This document shows positions 56,201 to 63,878 of a stretch of 64,000 nucleotides of DNA, in pieces; within the stretch, counting starts at the first letter, position 1; every line of letters starts with the position of its first letter. The translations under genes were made by a program, and so were the position numbers. Source of the stretch: a bacterium (lineage in GTDB: Bacteria > SZUA-182 > DTGQ01); assembly GCA_040752695.1 (NCBI GenBank), contig JBFMGO010000011.1, positions 6,114 through 70,113 on the forward strand, in the 5' to 3' direction. The notes under the pieces are model-generated. The model did no database searches. It was not told the DNA's origin and was given only the letters and a program-made list of their open reading frames with translations.

Positions 56201-58425
56201 AAGTTCCAGGTATATTTTCTGATCTCCACATCATCGGAAGAAGAAGATCCATTCAGGCTGAAGGTCCAGCCGCCTTCTGCGGCCACCGATTCATCTGCGC
56301 TGTAAGGCCCGCCGGCATCCGCCTGCGGTGCAGCTCCCGGCTGCATGGTCATGGGTACTATGCCGGCAGCGCTCTGACCGGCTGCATCTTTTACCGTCAT
56401 ATCCACATCATACGTTCCACCGCTAAAAGCATGCTGGACAGTCTGTCCCTCCCCGGTTGCCGTGACCGAAAAATTGTCGAAGATGGCATCGGTCCTGTAG
56501 GTGGAAAATCCAACCTTGCCCGTACTGAAGGTAGAGTCTTCAAAGGAGAAAAGAAACACCCCGTCCAGATAAAAATCATGCTTGGAGCCTGTACAGACGA
56601 TTTTGACGTGATAGGTGAACCCGGTATCGATGGGATAAGAAGCGAGAACTGAAGGAAGATCATATTCGAATAACGATGTGGCGCTGTTATTCACCCGTTT
56701 GTAAAAAAGAACATCGTTATTTCCCCTTCCCCTCAGGATAAACTCGTAGTTGTTACGGTCATCCCTGGCCTTGAATATGATATGGGCCTCCTCGCCGGAG
56801 CCGGTTATCATAAAGACATCCGCCTCGATGGTTATGTTCGTATCGTATATCTTATCGAACAAGGTCCAGGTGCGGTCAAGACTGGTATTCGTCTGGCGAT
56901 AGGAGAAGCTGCCAGCGATGGGAGATGCGGTGTACATTTCCCAGGTACCTGCAAAGACATCCCACCCGTTGGCTGAGCCGTCTTCAAAATCATCCGTGCA
57001 GCCATCGCCAAGATTCCACCGGTAAGAAACGATGCCTTCCGTATCAGTGGCATAATGTGTGCCGTCCAGGGTCAGGCTCCAAAGGCCGTTATCGGCAAGT
57101 GCCTCGCCAAACGTTACCGCTGTTGTATCCACAGCCGGCGCATCGCCTTCGACAATAACCACGGCAACAGCATAATCACTTTTCCCGTCATTATCCGTAA
57201 CCTTTAAGGTGGGGAAGAATTTTCCTTCAGTTGCATACACATGGCTGGTGGCTCCGACACTCGCCCCTGAACCGGATTCGGGAGCAGAGCCGTCACCGAA
57301 ATTCCAGACCCATGAAGCCAGGGTCCCATCGGAATCGGCAGAGCCGGAACCATCCAGATTGGCAGTGCCTCCTTTCGATATGGTTTGCTCAAGAGGACTG
57401 ACCACAGCGGCAGGCACGCCAGCCGGAGGCCCGATTGGCTGGGCGGATATGCACATGGTGTTATAACTGCCCGTTGTGCCGATGGTTACCGGAGTCCCGA
57501 AGGTGCCATCTCCATTGCCTGGATAATATAAGACCTGGCGGCCACCATAGGTAGTGACCACGAGATCGAGATTTCCATTTCCATCAAAGTCATAGCCGTC
57601 ATACGCACCGTGGTTATTGAAATCGAGGCTGCTTACGTAAACGGCAGCCTGAAACGAATTGTCTCCATTGCCCTTAAAAAAGTAAGGATTACCTCCACTG
57701 CCGCTGTTGACGATAAGATCCACTTTTCCATCATTATCGAAATCACCTGCTGCCAGGCCGTATGGATCATCCCCTGTATCTCCAACATAAATGGCGGAAG
57801 CAAAAGTCCCGTCTCCATTTCCCGGATGTATATAGGTATACCCATTCGAATGCCGGGCCCTGGCAAAGTCCAGATTCCCATCGTTATTAAAGTCGGCCAC
57901 ATCCATGCCACGGCCATAGTCTCCCAGATTCAACTCGGTTTTGGTGAAGTTGCCCTGACCATCGCCCAGAAAGACCCCTGTATAGGGATTATTCACATTG
58001 GCAAGAAAATCCATGTTGCCGTCATGATTGAAATCTCCCGAAGCCGCATCCATAGCCCAGGAATTTGCATTACTCAACGTGCCAACCATGCCTGCTCTAG
58101 AAAAGGTATTGTCTCCATTATTTAAAAAGAGATAAAAATAGGCGACACTTCCCGTGCCTCCGCCAGCGATAAAATCCATATCGCCGTCACTATCGAAGTC
58201 ATTGATGGTCAGGGCACGGGAGTTATACGCACCCAGATAATCTATGGTGCCATAATCGCTGAAAGTGCCATCACCATTGCTCCTGGCATAGTAAATGTGA
58301 GAGCTGTCATCCAGAGCGATAATAAAATCCGCTGCCTGACTTTTACCTATGGCATGTGAAAAGAATAACACACCGATCAATCCTGCTAACAGCAGTCTTG
58401 ATATTCCCTGGCACCTTCGTCTCAT
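47215..58425 (-). CDS. Giant (3736 aa) secreted multidomain surface/adhesin-like protein: FG-GAP beta-propeller, multiple PKD/Ig-like, LamG/DUF1080-like jelly rolls, internal alpha-alpha toroid (terpene-cyclase-like) domain, CARDB, two C-terminal Fn3-like domains
   Basis: Uninterrupted 11,211-nt ORF. Signal peptide MRRRCQGISRLLLAGLIGVLFFSHAIGKSQA. At least six FG-GAP/VCBS repeats (DFDSDGDMDFIAGG, GDFNHDGNMDF, ADFNNDGNLDF, GDFDNDGKVDLIV...). PKD signatures (WNFGDGS, WDFGDG..., YTVTLTVTD). DUF1080-like block ...TLFDKIYDTNITIEADVFMIT...EFILRGRGNNDVLFYKRV. Toroid block LWWLHKNQDKGDGKW...QNSSGYW. CARDB-like PDLTVSVNDITLTP...VTIHNLG. Fn3-like C-terminal domains. Confidence 0.85.
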   Translation of the reverse strand: MRRRCQGISRLLLAGLIGVLFFSHAIGKSQAADFIIALDDSSHIYYARSNGDGTFSDYGTIDYLGAYNSRALTINDFDSDGDMDFIAGGGTGSVAYFYLFLNNGDNTFSRAGMVGTLSNANSWAMDAASGDFNHDGNMDFLANVNNPYTGVFLGDGQGNFTKTELNLGDYGRGMDVADFNNDGNLDFARARHSNGYTYIHPGNGDGTFASAIYVGDTGDDPYGLAAGDFDNDGKVDLIVNSGSGGNPYFFKGNGDNSFQAAVYVSSLDFNNHGAYDGYDFDGNGNLDLVVTTYGGRQVLYYPGNGDGTFGTPVTIGTTGSYNTMCISAQPIGPPAGVPAAVVSPLEQTISKGGTANLDGSGSADSDGTLASWVWNFGDGSAPESGSGASVGATSHVYATEGKFFPTLKVTDNDGKSDYAVAVVIVEGDAPAVDTTAVTFGEALADNGLWSLTLDGTHYATDTEGIVSYRWNLGDGCTDDFEDGSANGWDVFAGTWEMYTASPIAGSFSYRQTNTSLDRTWTLFDKIYDTNITIEADVFMITGSGEEAHIIFKARDDRNNYEFILRGRGNNDVLFYKRVNNSATSLFEYDLPSVLASYPIDTGFTYHVKIVCTGSKHDFYLDGVFLFSFEDSTFSTGKVGFSTYRTDAIFDNFSVTATGEGQTVQHAFSGGTYDVDMTVKDAAGQSAAGIVPMTMQPGAAPQADAGGPYSADESVAAEGGWTFSLNGSSSSDDVEIRKYTWNFGADTFTGTAFQDGKWYTNGGITQNDAVSLTGAGSWGNRYMVTKATFPKVKGQTFEASIKAAGSGECMFGFKNSSTTNFTYTQFPYEFYISGGTIYIYENSSSRGSTGYTISYNTWYDFKIELLETGAVYSYRPSGSTVWYEIYRSGYTTGDTVLRKGIVVASGTYSMDDFQESTAGVTSDFTLYRGIGVFSADLTVLDRAGQTDTDSFTLVTTAGDIPSAEAGLDQTKDEADASDGTWTVNFDASGSGDDYGIYLYEWDYDNDGTFDATGSTGIHTWTSAGIYTVALRVTDHALQTHSDTLTVALNQGDPPQADAGGPYAVDENTGSAFEGGWTATLDGSGSFDNESNIYYVWDLGTDTFDGTVINNRKWVYSGAGVAQNNEISIAGVSSWGQRYLFSKDTYSRAKGMAFEARIKHSGGHVMIGFKDTGANYQYSYMPYAIYFNGGNLYIYESGSSRGDTGYDYAYNTWYEVRIELKETQGARYYYRSLGSSDWILLYDSTYSNAASLKRGVDVYSGTFVIDNLKEIAGGQAPSYRFYGLGSHTINLTVYDQSMQTDTDSSSVTTQVNAAPVANAGPDKSGNETDAFEGTWTIDFDGSASTDDHGIYTYEWDWDYDGTFDPSGDTGAAATHVFSAAGSYTIALRVTDHVLQSVIDTATVNLTNGDPPTAEAGSDITTEGCWPVIFNGGNSADDLGIYKYEWNFGDGTTGWGKTPSHIYWNPGDYTVTLTVYDNVLQSDSDTLTVHVIAAADPPVADAGGPYNAGAGGPPAYFNGGSSTDDYGIVKYLWDADNSVDSDGDGNFTNDMDVVGRKPFYTYSTAGIYTATLTVVDGAGQTATASATVNVATNLAPDVICVPWRAGDPTIPHETYNGRSIRLKAIVRDAGNLTYQWNFGDGSALYPATPASVSNKYAIEASHTYPNSADGTPYTATLTVWDSSGLIGTDYYYVVVKPNNLDTKTNIAIDEGLWWLHKNQDKGDGKWTSYSSYYASPTGSAIQSFEINGHLQDGDNQENPYVETVNKGFAFMFTRLSSANIGNQTYGNPDTNGNGIGIQVNDGYPIYQGGMVMDAIASSNAPLAFATTGGTNIKGRFYYHILTDMVDMYAWGQYDSSSVGGGWRYNWNEHPDNSACQWAAIGMLAAEDNFGINIPQWVKNRNNVWLNYSYDGTGFGYTGAGNGVALTPSGMVQLAFCDKRTSDSRWRTAEDYIANNWFWQNGNYYGTYALVKALRLALPDPVVTLSATGLDWYNDPTTGVKKRIVDQQNSSGYWNVSYGTGFSTSWAVIMLTPTLFVQPPVADAGDDIIWAYDMELSFDASGSFHMDPSRRIVRYEWDFDGDGIWDFTTSDPSDVNARYTYADPHPGDAGDPPQIFTVKLRVTDDNDPVQTDIDFREVTVAEPPHAPFAMHGGSYHVTAGIPFILDASGSYDIDLGDSISRYQWDLDSDGVWFDDVDLDTTSPTATFTFSTPGLYLIGLKVWDNGAFNPLGCQIGIDCQPMVSTPVYTTVTVYANQPPVAEAGGPYTVDEGSAIILDGSGSFEPNGDAMSYAWDLDNDGAFDDSTDVKPTHTWMDNGIYTVGLKVSDSLLDDTDTATVTVNDLGPAAGFTWNPDPQAEGSAISFTDTSTSYPDAIVNWSWDFGGLGTSNDRNPGFIIPDDGIYTVTLTVTDDDGSVSAVSHDITVTDLAPTASLMGDTLVLVDDLAHYTAGHTDSNPDDIVLYEWDWNYNGTNFQPSLDEGQIQNHAWAAPGTYAVAVRITDEDGDTDVAFLSVTVRSRPDLTVSVNDITLTPAGPIMSGTGVLVDVTIHNLGQTSATAQVSFYDTVKDAGHLIGTRSLSIGGNGSAPVQANWDTTGLSDGQHLVWVVISDADPTESNTSNNEADKALVIDDTPPVISSVTTSVGADTDDSYVVGSTVRILVSEQNSETGLVGTVTITTDSGDPVVTAAPLAEAGGGSYTYDWDTTGRNAGEVFYCETTLRDAAGNEDTDGLPSAPDREITLHEKIRVSAPTLTAWEGKTASYSLTIDNDGSAPVSVTGALILGGVAGSQFNMTSALPLQIDGYSHATLDFEIDVPDGTGSEPAPAVYPQTASVITSQNTLGESFFDVLVYSYYAAVLDIHVVDDSTSASLANALVVLEDIPGNLTTDADGWVRNVVVPSGGRSAYVWREHYLPKAEPLRLFSGFNTAEVRLLPGEVLEVEEVNSTRLTIEEIVERGVDLEDPDNYWVYDFVVTLAVAPVTIPNVVLPNNPAPGSTYSLGGGGGGGYWVGGTVTYVEPAPGEPVYPVYTFIIIPGEIKLLKEFFSVSARIKNNAPEGSPFNIVNTTATLVYPADKLTLVDLFGTPQDVTKQVGPSGIILAGAEESVDWVLRGDVEGEHTVTVNVNGTLVPFNVNLQASNSGTVDVYGKPELKAVFFVNDPAWPAGGPYIVQAGQDFTFGIKVTNKSEIPVYRVSAELFPDRFVNAQLAAGEVAIKDFIPTDLDPDETGLVSFQITSLITGFIIPSLSSVEGDPLLNASLDIGSGSGALAGFASSTVDVEITDPQGRVFDKNGSQIPDTSYNEVDFGNDRQVQFYIPNYIPGTYHLKVCPDENAQPGDTYTLKVWYDEQWITLAQDKPVPAQGVCHEYVLGPVAEFTWSPEPQDEGSSVSFTDISASVLPYPISGWAWNFAGLGTSSDPNPVFTFNDNGTYAVTLTVTDNHGLTDTVSHTITIRDLGPTAHITGPVSLDKGQSGTYDASGSTSSPDTIVSYEWDWNYDGSTFTPSGDTGQIQSHAWSSNGMYTVALRVTDDDGSTDIATLVVNVIETCPLLPAVVMHAPADGAVDVSLTPTLTWNSVPGALSYHLTMTDEHGVSVIDNAAITAAFFIVPVGALAENTRYTWKVRAVNGCGEGGDTVPFSFTTISAVSPTLTVGTPNGGEILTGGSTYEITWNYTGNPGTYVKIEYNTGGRIWMTITSTAVCADKQYSWTVPLVSSTRCRIRVTSTSDRSITDMSNADFTIH
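52330..53340 (-). other. Internal alpha-alpha toroid (prenyltransferase/squalene-cyclase-repeat-like) domain within the giant protein
   Basis: Motifs resemble those of the 43033..44340 secreted protein. Coordinates are approximate. Confidence 0.4.
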
Positions 58426-58976
58426 GATACTTTTTCTCCCTTAGTTATTGACACTGTTGAGTGTGAAAAACGAAAGTTGCTTGATTATTTTCCATTGTCC
58501 CTATTTCTTTCATAAGATAAATGCCCCTATTTCATAAATAATATAGCAAACTCTTCAAGATGCCATGAAGAGTGGCCTTACTTTCCGATTATGCACGACT
58601 GCATAATCGTGTGGAGACACATGAGCGGTAACAGTATAATTTTGGATATTTAGAGAAGAAAATATACAAAAATTATGCCAAATTAGCCTAAAAATTAGTA
58701 ATTAAAAATCAATGGCTTCCATCGGTCAATGATCGATATGATGAAAAACTTTGCAGATTTCGTTGAATTAAGTGGAAATTTTTAGCAGGATATGGCTTGA
58801 CATTTACCATTTTATATAACTCTTGCATGGGGGGAGATGGGTGGGGAGCACCAAAAGCTCCCCCTTTTCTCAAACAGAGGATGCAGGGGGAAGGAGGGAG
58901 GAATTATCCTTAATTGCGGAATTATCCTTATTTATGGTTTGATCACGTGCAAACCGCTCTAAAAAGGCCCTTTGCC

Positions 58977-60416
58977 CTACAGGCTGAATTTTTCGATCTT
59001 GCTCCGAAGGGTGTTCCTGCTGATGCCGAGCACCTTGGAAGCTTTGACCTGATTGTTGTTTACCTTTTGCAGTGTGCGTTTTATCATGGCCTTTTCCAGA
59101 CCATCAGTCAGGCGGGTAGCAATATCGTCCGCCTCCTGATCGATGAGCCGGTCGATGCTCGGGCTCAGCATATCCTCGAATATTTCCGCATAATCGTCAA
59201 TCTGATCGATACAGACTGAAGGGTGCTTTTTCTTTTCCATCATCTCGCCGATCGGAAGATGTTCGGGCAGGATGACATCGCCTTTGCACAGAACGATGGC
59301 CGATTGGATTACGTTTTCCAACTCGCGGATATTTCCCGGCCAATGATACTGGGTGAGCATCACCATGGTGGAATGGGCTATGCCGTTAATTTCTTTTTTG
59401 AGTTTATGGCGGTATTTCAGCAAAAAGTAGTCGGCCAATAAGGCAATATCTTCGGGCCGCTCTCTGAGCGGGGGTAAAAAGAAGGAGATAACTTTGAGCC
59501 GGTAGAAAAGATCTACCCGAAAGATTCCCTCTTTCACGGCCTGGACAAGGCTTTTGTTGGTAGCGGCAATAACCCGCACATCCACCTTGATGCTTTCGTG
59601 CCCGCCGACCCGCTCGAATACCTGATCCTGCAAGACCCTCAGCACCTTGCTCTGGGCAGACAGGGCCATATCGCCGATCTCGTCCAGAAAGATGGTTCCG
59701 CCATTGCACTGCTCGAACTTGCCTACCTTTTTATTCAGAGCACCGGTAAAAGAGCCTTTCTCATGGCCGAAAAGTTCACTTTCGAGCAGTTGTTCGGGAA
59801 TGGCTGCGCAATTTATGGCCAGGAACTGTTTATCACTCCTCAGACTGTGATGATAAATAGCGCGGGCGATCAGTTCCTTTCCTGTTCCGCTTTCTCCCTG
59901 GATCAGGACGGGAGCGTCGCTTTGGGCCACCTGACCAACCATTTTATAGATTTCGAGCATTTCCCGGCTGTTGCCGATGATGGTATCGGCCTCAAAAGAC
60001 CCGTGAGCAAAGGTTCCCGGATTTATGGCAATTCGCCTTTCCGTTTCTGAATCCAGAGAGAGGGCCGTATTGATGATATCCAGCATTTTGGGAATCTCGA
60101 AGGGCTGGGTGATATAGTCGTAAGCCCCCAGCTTCATAGTCTCGATGGCTGAATTGGTTGAAACATGATTGGCAACGACCATTACCGGCAAACGGGGTGT
60201 CTTTTTTTTGATAAGCCGCAACACGTCGATACCCGAAATTTTCGGCAGGGAAATATCCAGAATGACCAGATCAGGCTTTTCCTTATCGTGCAGATCAATA
60301 GCCTCCGGACCGTCATTAGCCTGGAAAACGATATACCCCTGGTTTTCCAGGGCAACCTTGAGATTTTTTAAAGAGTCTACTTCGTCATTGGCCAGAATTA
60401 TTTTGCGTCTTCTCAT
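58977..60416 (-). CDS. Sigma-54-dependent Fis-family response regulator (NtrC-like: REC + AAA+ sigma54 activator + HTH)
   Basis: REC (DLVILDISLPKISG), Walker A GESGTGKE, GAFTGA-like loop (EKGSFTGA), Walker B and R-finger regions. C-terminal Fis-type HTH (KASKVLGISRNTLRSKI). Confidence 0.9.
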   Translation of the reverse strand: MRRRKIILANDEVDSLKNLKVALENQGYIVFQANDGPEAIDLHDKEKPDLVILDISLPKISGIDVLRLIKKKTPRLPVMVVANHVSTNSAIETMKLGAYDYITQPFEIPKMLDIINTALSLDSETERRIAINPGTFAHGSFEADTIIGNSREMLEIYKMVGQVAQSDAPVLIQGESGTGKELIARAIYHHSLRSDKQFLAINCAAIPEQLLESELFGHEKGSFTGALNKKVGKFEQCNGGTIFLDEIGDMALSAQSKVLRVLQDQVFERVGGHESIKVDVRVIAATNKSLVQAVKEGIFRVDLFYRLKVISFFLPPLRERPEDIALLADYFLLKYRHKLKKEINGIAHSTMVMLTQYHWPGNIRELENVIQSAIVLCKGDVILPEHLPIGEMMEKKKHPSVCIDQIDDYAEIFEDMLSPSIDRLIDQEADDIATRLTDGLEKAMIKRTLQKVNNNQVKASKVLGISRNTLRSKIEKFSL

Positions 60417-60782
60417 AGTCGTCAGTATGCCACAAATAGCCTTTCAAAGCAACAGGTTTATGTACACATATGTTCATTATATATACAGGCATTGTCTTAA
60501 TAACAAACAGTCACATTCTTTGCAGCTTCCATGCGGATAGGCTCGGGATCATCTGCCTGATCATCTTTGCCAGGATATTTCCCATATTTTTTTTCGGCAA
60601 CAAAACAGATTTTCATTGGGAAAGAAATGGACGATAAGCAGTTAGAATGGCCTGTTCAAGGTGCTGGTATATACTTTGCAGAAGTGTGAAACCAGATGAG
60701 AGTGCATTGCCGAACTACTGAGATTGTGGAGTCTCGTTCTCCGGCGTCGTTAAACGTTAACCTTCCAGTGAGGGAGAAAAGA

Positions 60783-60962
60783 AATGTCTCAAGCGGTTAT
60801 CAGTGTAGAAGAGAGCATCCATGAGGAAGAACTGATCCTGGCGAAAATGTTCGAAGAAATCCTGAGCGAAAAACTGGACATAATTTTTAAGCAGCGGGTA
60901 ATTTCTTCCCCCTCTTCTTTCGACCTGGAGAGCCCTGAATCCAACATCTTTCACGGGTAGAT
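60783..60962 (+). CDS. Small acidic ORF (59 aa), hypothetical
   Basis: Below the ORF-track cutoff. ATG preceded by GTGAGGGAGAAAAGAA RBS. Followed by a complex repeat/inverted-repeat region. An antisense 113-aa ORF overlaps it. Speculative. Confidence 0.2.
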
Positions 60963-60980
60963 ATCCCGGCGGAAGCCATT

Positions 60981-61100
60981 GCCGGCAAGATGCAGGTGCA
61001 TCATCGGCAGATGCGGGCAAATCATCTGCCGGCAAGATGCAGGCATTTCCAGGGAAATCATAGGCAGAGGCGGGCACATCGTCAGCATGTGCAGGCACAA
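60981..61100. repeat. Composite repeat region: direct repeat gccggcaagatgcagg twice, plus a 9-bp inverted repeat (cggcagatg...catctgccg) and a 6-bp inverted repeat (gcacat...atgtgc)
   Basis: Read directly from the sequence between the small ORF/sigma54 regulator and uvrB. Confidence 0.6.
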
Positions 61101-61111
61101 GAGGATATTTT

Positions 61112-61150
61112 TATTATCACTCAGGTGTGGTATAATTATACGGAATAATG
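61112..61150 (+). promoter_or_regulatory. Candidate sigma70-type promoter for uvrB (TTTTTA-17nt-TATAAT)
   Basis: atttttattatcactcaggtgtggTATAATtatacgg, about 60 nt upstream of the uvrB ATG. No clear LexA box recognised. Confidence 0.3.
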
Positions 61151-61202
61151 TGTTTACGATATGTTTAGGGATTATAACCCATGAATGTATAGATAATCAG
61201 CA

Positions 61203-63221
61203 ATGAATTTAAAAAATGTTAACTTTGTTAACACGAATGGCCGATTTCGTCTCTCTTCCGAATATCAGCCGCAGGGAGATCAGCCGAAAGCTATCGAAGA
61301 GCTGGTTGAAAATGTCATCCATGGCATACAGCATCAGGTTCTTTTAGGTGTTACGGGTTCCGGCAAGACCTTTACCATGGCTAATCTTATCGAGAGGGTC
61401 CAGAAACCCACCCTGGTGATTTCCCATAACAAGACCCTGGCTGCGCAGTTGTATCTGGAATTTCGCAAATTCTTTCCGGCCAATGCGGTAGAATATTTTG
61501 TCAGCTATTATGATTACTACCAGCCGGAGGCATATATCCCGCAAACGGATACCTATATCGAGAAAGATTCTTCCATCAATGAAAACCTCGATAAAATGAG
61601 GCATTCCGCCACCAGATCCCTTTTCGAGCGCAGGGACGTCATCGTGGTGGCCAGTGTGTCTTGTATTTATGGCCTTGGATCGCCAGAGGAGTATCAGCAT
61701 ATGCGCATCTGGCTGGAGCCGGGTCATCGGCTGCTGAGAAAACAGGTGTTGAAGGATCTGGTCAGCATGCAGTACAGCCGTAATGACCTGGACTTTCACC
61801 GGGGCACTTTCCGGGTGCGCGGCGACACCGTTGAAATCTTCCCCAGTTATGAGGAGGAGATGGCAGTACGGCTCGAATTTTTCGGAGACGAACTGGACGC
61901 CATTTCCCTCATCGATCCATTGACAGGCCGGGTGCTCAAACGGCTGGACTCTATCAATATCTATCCCGGCAGCCACTATGTACTGCCGAAAGAGAAAATG
62001 GAATTGGCCACAGGCCGCATCAGCCGGGAACTCGAAGAGCAACTGGCAGTGCTGAAGGCTGAAGATAAGCTCCTCGAAGCCCAGCGTCTTGAGCAAAGGA
62101 CCAATTTCGATCTGGAAATGCTTCAGGAAATCGGTTACTGTCACGGCATCGAGAACTATTCGCGCCATATGGATGGCAGACAGGCCAATGAGCCGCCGTA
62201 TACTCTTTTGGACTATTTCCCCCAGGATAGTCTTACTATCATCGATGAGAGCCATGTAACCATTCCCCAATTGCGGGCCATGTGTGCCGGAGACCGTTCC
62301 CGGAAAAAAAGCCTGGTCAATTTCGGCTTTCGCCTTCCTTCAGCCTATGACAATCGCCCCCTTACCTTTGAAGAATTTAAGCAAAGAGTGCATCAGGTGG
62401 TGTATGTTTCAGCCACACCATCCGAATATGAACTGTCGGTCAGTCAGGGGTTGATAGTGGAGCAGGTTATCCGCCCCACCGGCTTGATGGACCCCGAAAT
62501 CGAGGTCAGACCTGCAGGCACCCAGGTGGATGATCTTTTGGAGGAAATCAGAAAAACCGTGCAGCAGGGAGACAGGGTTTTAGTCACTACCCTGACCAAG
62601 AGAATGGCCGAAGATCTGACCGAGTATTACACAGATTTAGGGGTCCGGGTCCGGTACCTGCATTCGGAAATCGATGCCATCGAAAGGACTACCCTGATTC
62701 GCGAACTGCGGCAAAACCACTTTGACGTTCTGGTGGGCATTAACCTCCTGCGGGAAGGGCTGGATATTCCAGAGGTCTCGCTGGTGGCCATTCTGGATGC
62801 GGATAAAGAGGGATTCCTGCGCTCTTCGGTCTCTCTGATCCAGACAGCGGGGCGGGCAGCCCGGCATGTTCAGGGCAGGGTGATCATGTATGCAGACCGG
62901 GTAACAGCCTCAATGCAAACAGCCATTGATGAAACCAACCGGCGAAGAAACCTGCAAAGGGAATACAATAAAACCAACCACATTACTCCTGAATCGGTAC
63001 GCAGGGTCATCGACTCTTTACTGCAAACTCCTTATGCGTCGGATTACTCCACCGTGCCCGCAGTCGGGGAGGAGCAGACACCCTACGGAACTGATTCGCC
63101 CGAAGAACTCATTCCCCGGCTGGAGCAGCAAATGAAAAAAGCCGCATCCCGCCTTGAGTTCGAAGAGGCTGCCCGTATCCGGGACCAAATCAGCCAGATC
63201 AGGCGCAAGATCAAATCGTAA
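61203..63221 (+). CDS. uvrB: Excinuclease ABC subunit B (UvrB)
   Basis: 672 aa. N-terminal ...[18 protein letters not shown]...[17 protein letters not shown] (Walker A). Helicase motifs. C-terminal UVR domain [16 protein letters not shown]. Confidence 0.95.
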   Translation: MNLKNVNFVNTNGRFRLSSEYQPQGDQPKAIEELVENVIHGIQHQVLLGVTGSGKTFTMANLIERVQKPTLVISHNKTLAAQLYLEFRKFFPANAVEYFVSYYDYYQPEAYIPQTDTYIEKDSSINENLDKMRHSATRSLFERRDVIVVASVSCIYGLGSPEEYQHMRIWLEPGHRLLRKQVLKDLVSMQYSRNDLDFHRGTFRVRGDTVEIFPSYEEEMAVRLEFFGDELDAISLIDPLTGRVLKRLDSINIYPGSHYVLPKEKMELATGRISRELEEQLAVLKAEDKLLEAQRLEQRTNFDLEMLQEIGYCHGIENYSRHMDGRQANEPPYTLLDYFPQDSLTIIDESHVTIPQLRAMCAGDRSRKKSLVNFGFRLPSAYDNRPLTFEEFKQRVHQVVYVSATPSEYELSVSQGLIVEQVIRPTGLMDPEIEVRPAGTQVDDLLEEIRKTVQQGDRVLVTTLTKRMAEDLTEYYTDLGVRVRYLHSEIDAIERTTLIRELRQNHFDVLVGINLLREGLDIPEVSLVAILDADKEGFLRSSVSLIQTAGRAARHVQGRVIMYADRVTASMQTAIDETNRRRNLQREYNKTNHITPESVRRVIDSLLQTPYASDYSTVPAVGEEQTPYGTDSPEELIPRLEQQMKKAASRLEFEEAARIRDQISQIRRKIKS

Positions 63222-63289
63222 AAAGGTCTTTAGTGCATGTCACGGCAATTACCCTGCCAGCTTTCTCTCATCCTGTCAGCTTTCTCTAT

Positions 63290-63364
63290 AAAGGTAAACA
63301 ATCCAAGATAGAAGACCAACAACACAGAAAAAAGGTAAATAATCTAAGATAGAAGATGAACAAC
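63290..63364. repeat. Two about 34-bp imperfect direct repeats (AAAGGTAAAYAATCYAAGATAGAAGAYSAACAAC) downstream of uvrB; cagctttctct is also duplicated just upstream
   Basis: aaaggtaaacaatccaagatagaagaccaacaac / aaaggtaaataatctaagatagaagatgaacaac. Confidence 0.75.
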
Positions 63365-63500
63365 GGGAGGTTACGAATTTATTCTTTACTTTGAAGATAA
63401 ATGCATATATAATAGCTCTACATCTTTATAAATATTATAATAATCGAGGTTATTACCTGTTGTTATAAGTAAAAATTGAAATAAGCGTGAGGAACACACG

Positions 63501-63878
63501 ATGGAACCGAAACATATCTTATTAGTTGATGACGATACAGGCATGCGGGATGTACTGAGAGATATACTCGAGGACGAGGGATTTAGAATAACTACGGCCG
63601 AAAATGGGAAAATGGCTCTTGAGCACCTGGAAAAGCAAACCTTCGATTTGGTACTGACTGATTTGAAAATGCCTCAAATGGATGGTATCGAGTTCCTGGA
63701 GTGCATCGAGCAAAACCATCCGGAAGTAAAGGTCATCGTGATTACGGCCTATGGAGGAAAAAACAATTATGACCAGGCCAAATATTTAGGTGCCTTTGAA
63801 TTCCTGAGCAAGTCAATCAGGATAGAAGAACTGAAAAAAATCGTCAAAGGCATTATCAGCCGGGAGAATGAAATCTAA
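63501..63878 (+). CDS. Single-domain response regulator receiver (CheY-like)
   Basis: ILLVDDDTGMRDVLRDIL...DLVLTDLKMPQMDGIEFL...VIVITAYG; conserved D, D, T, K positions. Confidence 0.8.
   Translation: MEPKHILLVDDDTGMRDVLRDILEDEGFRITTAENGKMALEHLEKQTFDLVLTDLKMPQMDGIEFLECIEQNHPEVKVIVITAYGGKNNYDQAKYLGAFEFLSKSIRIEELKKIVKGIISRENEI

Noticed and set aside
47222-58125. Many + strand ORFs of 60-350 aa (for example 53188..54120, 55594..56652) antisense to the giant gene
   Set aside because: They lie entirely inside the continuous 3736-aa minus-strand ORF and have no RBS. Their Gly/Arg/Ile-rich composition is typical of antisense frames of a coding region.
58660-58690. Sigma54 -24/-12 promoter (TGGCAT-N5-TTGTA) for the giant gene
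   Set aside because: The invariant GC of the -12 element is GT here, so this is not a confident promoter call. It is kept only as a weak lead in the findings.
60757-61098. 113-aa minus-strand ORF (MPAHADDVPASAYDF...)
   Set aside because: It overlaps the repeat-rich region and the small + ORF. It has low complexity generated by DNA repeats, and no RBS.
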